A DNA stretch of 50,309 bases from Shigella phage Sfin-3: the sequence record MN296515, one strand, 5' to 3'. Below are positions 49,985 through 50,309 of the stretch, one piece after another. The first letter of the stretch is position 1. Each line of letters begins with the position of its first letter. Both the position numbers and the translations under genes were made by a program. The notes beneath the pieces were generated by a model. It saw only the letters and a program-made list of their open reading frames with translations, ran no database searches and was not told the DNA's origin.

Positions 49985-50309
49985 ATGTTGAAATTAAACG
50001 AGATTAAATTCCCTGTAGTTTTTAACACTATTAGCTGCGGTAAAATAACCTGCCATAGCAAAGAACGCGCGACAGACTCGTCACTTAATGAGTGTCACCC
50101 GTCGATTGTTTGCAATCTTATTGATTTGCACAACAAGCATAACCCCAACAATATTTCATCTCTTCCTTATTATGTTGAGTATGTTAGTTCTGGCTGGAAG
50201 ACTGGTCGAGCCATCTTTCACGCGGCAAAGCCAGAAATCAAGCCGATGCTACAATGCACTCAAATCGAGAACATGCCACTTAGCGCAACGCTAAAAGGTG
50301 TCCAGATTA
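49985..50309 (+). CDS. hypothetical protein, N-terminal fragment (runs off window end)
   Basis: ATG 49985 with AAGAGGAAA RBS after module 49912-49954; frame open to window end; track ORF 50088-50294 in another frame judged spurious. Confidence 0.45.
   Translation, partial: MLKLNEIKFPVVFNTISCGKITCHSKERATDSSLNECHPSIVCNLIDLHNKHNPNNISSLPYYVEYVSSGWKTGRAIFHAAKPEIKPMLQCTQIENMPLSATLKGVQI

Noticed and set aside
50088-50294. Track ORF 50088-50294
   Set aside because: A different frame (ATG 49985 with AAGAGGAAA RBS, directly after a promoter module) is open to the window end and is better supported.
1-50309. Window as a complete circularly permuted genome with terminal redundancy
   Set aside because: The first and last ~300 bp share no obvious repeat, and ORFs run off both ends; genome ends and pac site cannot be determined from this window.

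Overview
The window is ~50.3 kb of a tailed dsDNA phage genome whose gene content and order match T1-like siphoviruses (Drexlerviridae-like); this assignment is from motifs and synteny only, with no database search. Layout: a left arm of small early genes (0.1-5.5 kb); a + strand late operon (5.5-26.6 kb) with putative TerS, TerL, portal, Mu-F-like head protein, scaffold, lambda-E-like major capsid, tail tube, chaperone pair with a -1 frameshift site, tape measure and lambda M-L-K-I-J-like tip genes; cor lipoprotein (-); an exonuclease/Erf-like/SSB operon (+); a long tail fibre (-); primase and a Cro/YdaS-like HTH gene (-); helicase, VRR-NUC, Dam methylase and an HTH-metallophosphoesterase (+); a lysis cassette (holin, SAR endolysin, unimolecular spanin); a - strand early arm (40.0-46.2 kb) with a P-loop ATPase and a small C5-methyltransferase-like gene; then more small + strand genes to the window end. 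No tRNA, rRNA, CRISPR array, integrase or CI-type repressor was seen, so the phage looks virulent. The strongest candidate for an undescribed system is regulatory, not a gene cluster: about 25 copies of a composite element (asymmetric palindrome TAGCAC-N3-TTG(C/T)TAAAA, a fixed 22-24 bp spacer, then a -10 hexamer often inside a hairpin) precede early and middle genes on both strands. The same palindrome sits as an operator at two canonical sigma70 promoters, one of which drives the Cro-like HTH gene. Two AT-rich intergenic regions carrying shared iterons are a second such signal. All functional calls are from motif reading by eye and need BLAST/HMM confirmation.
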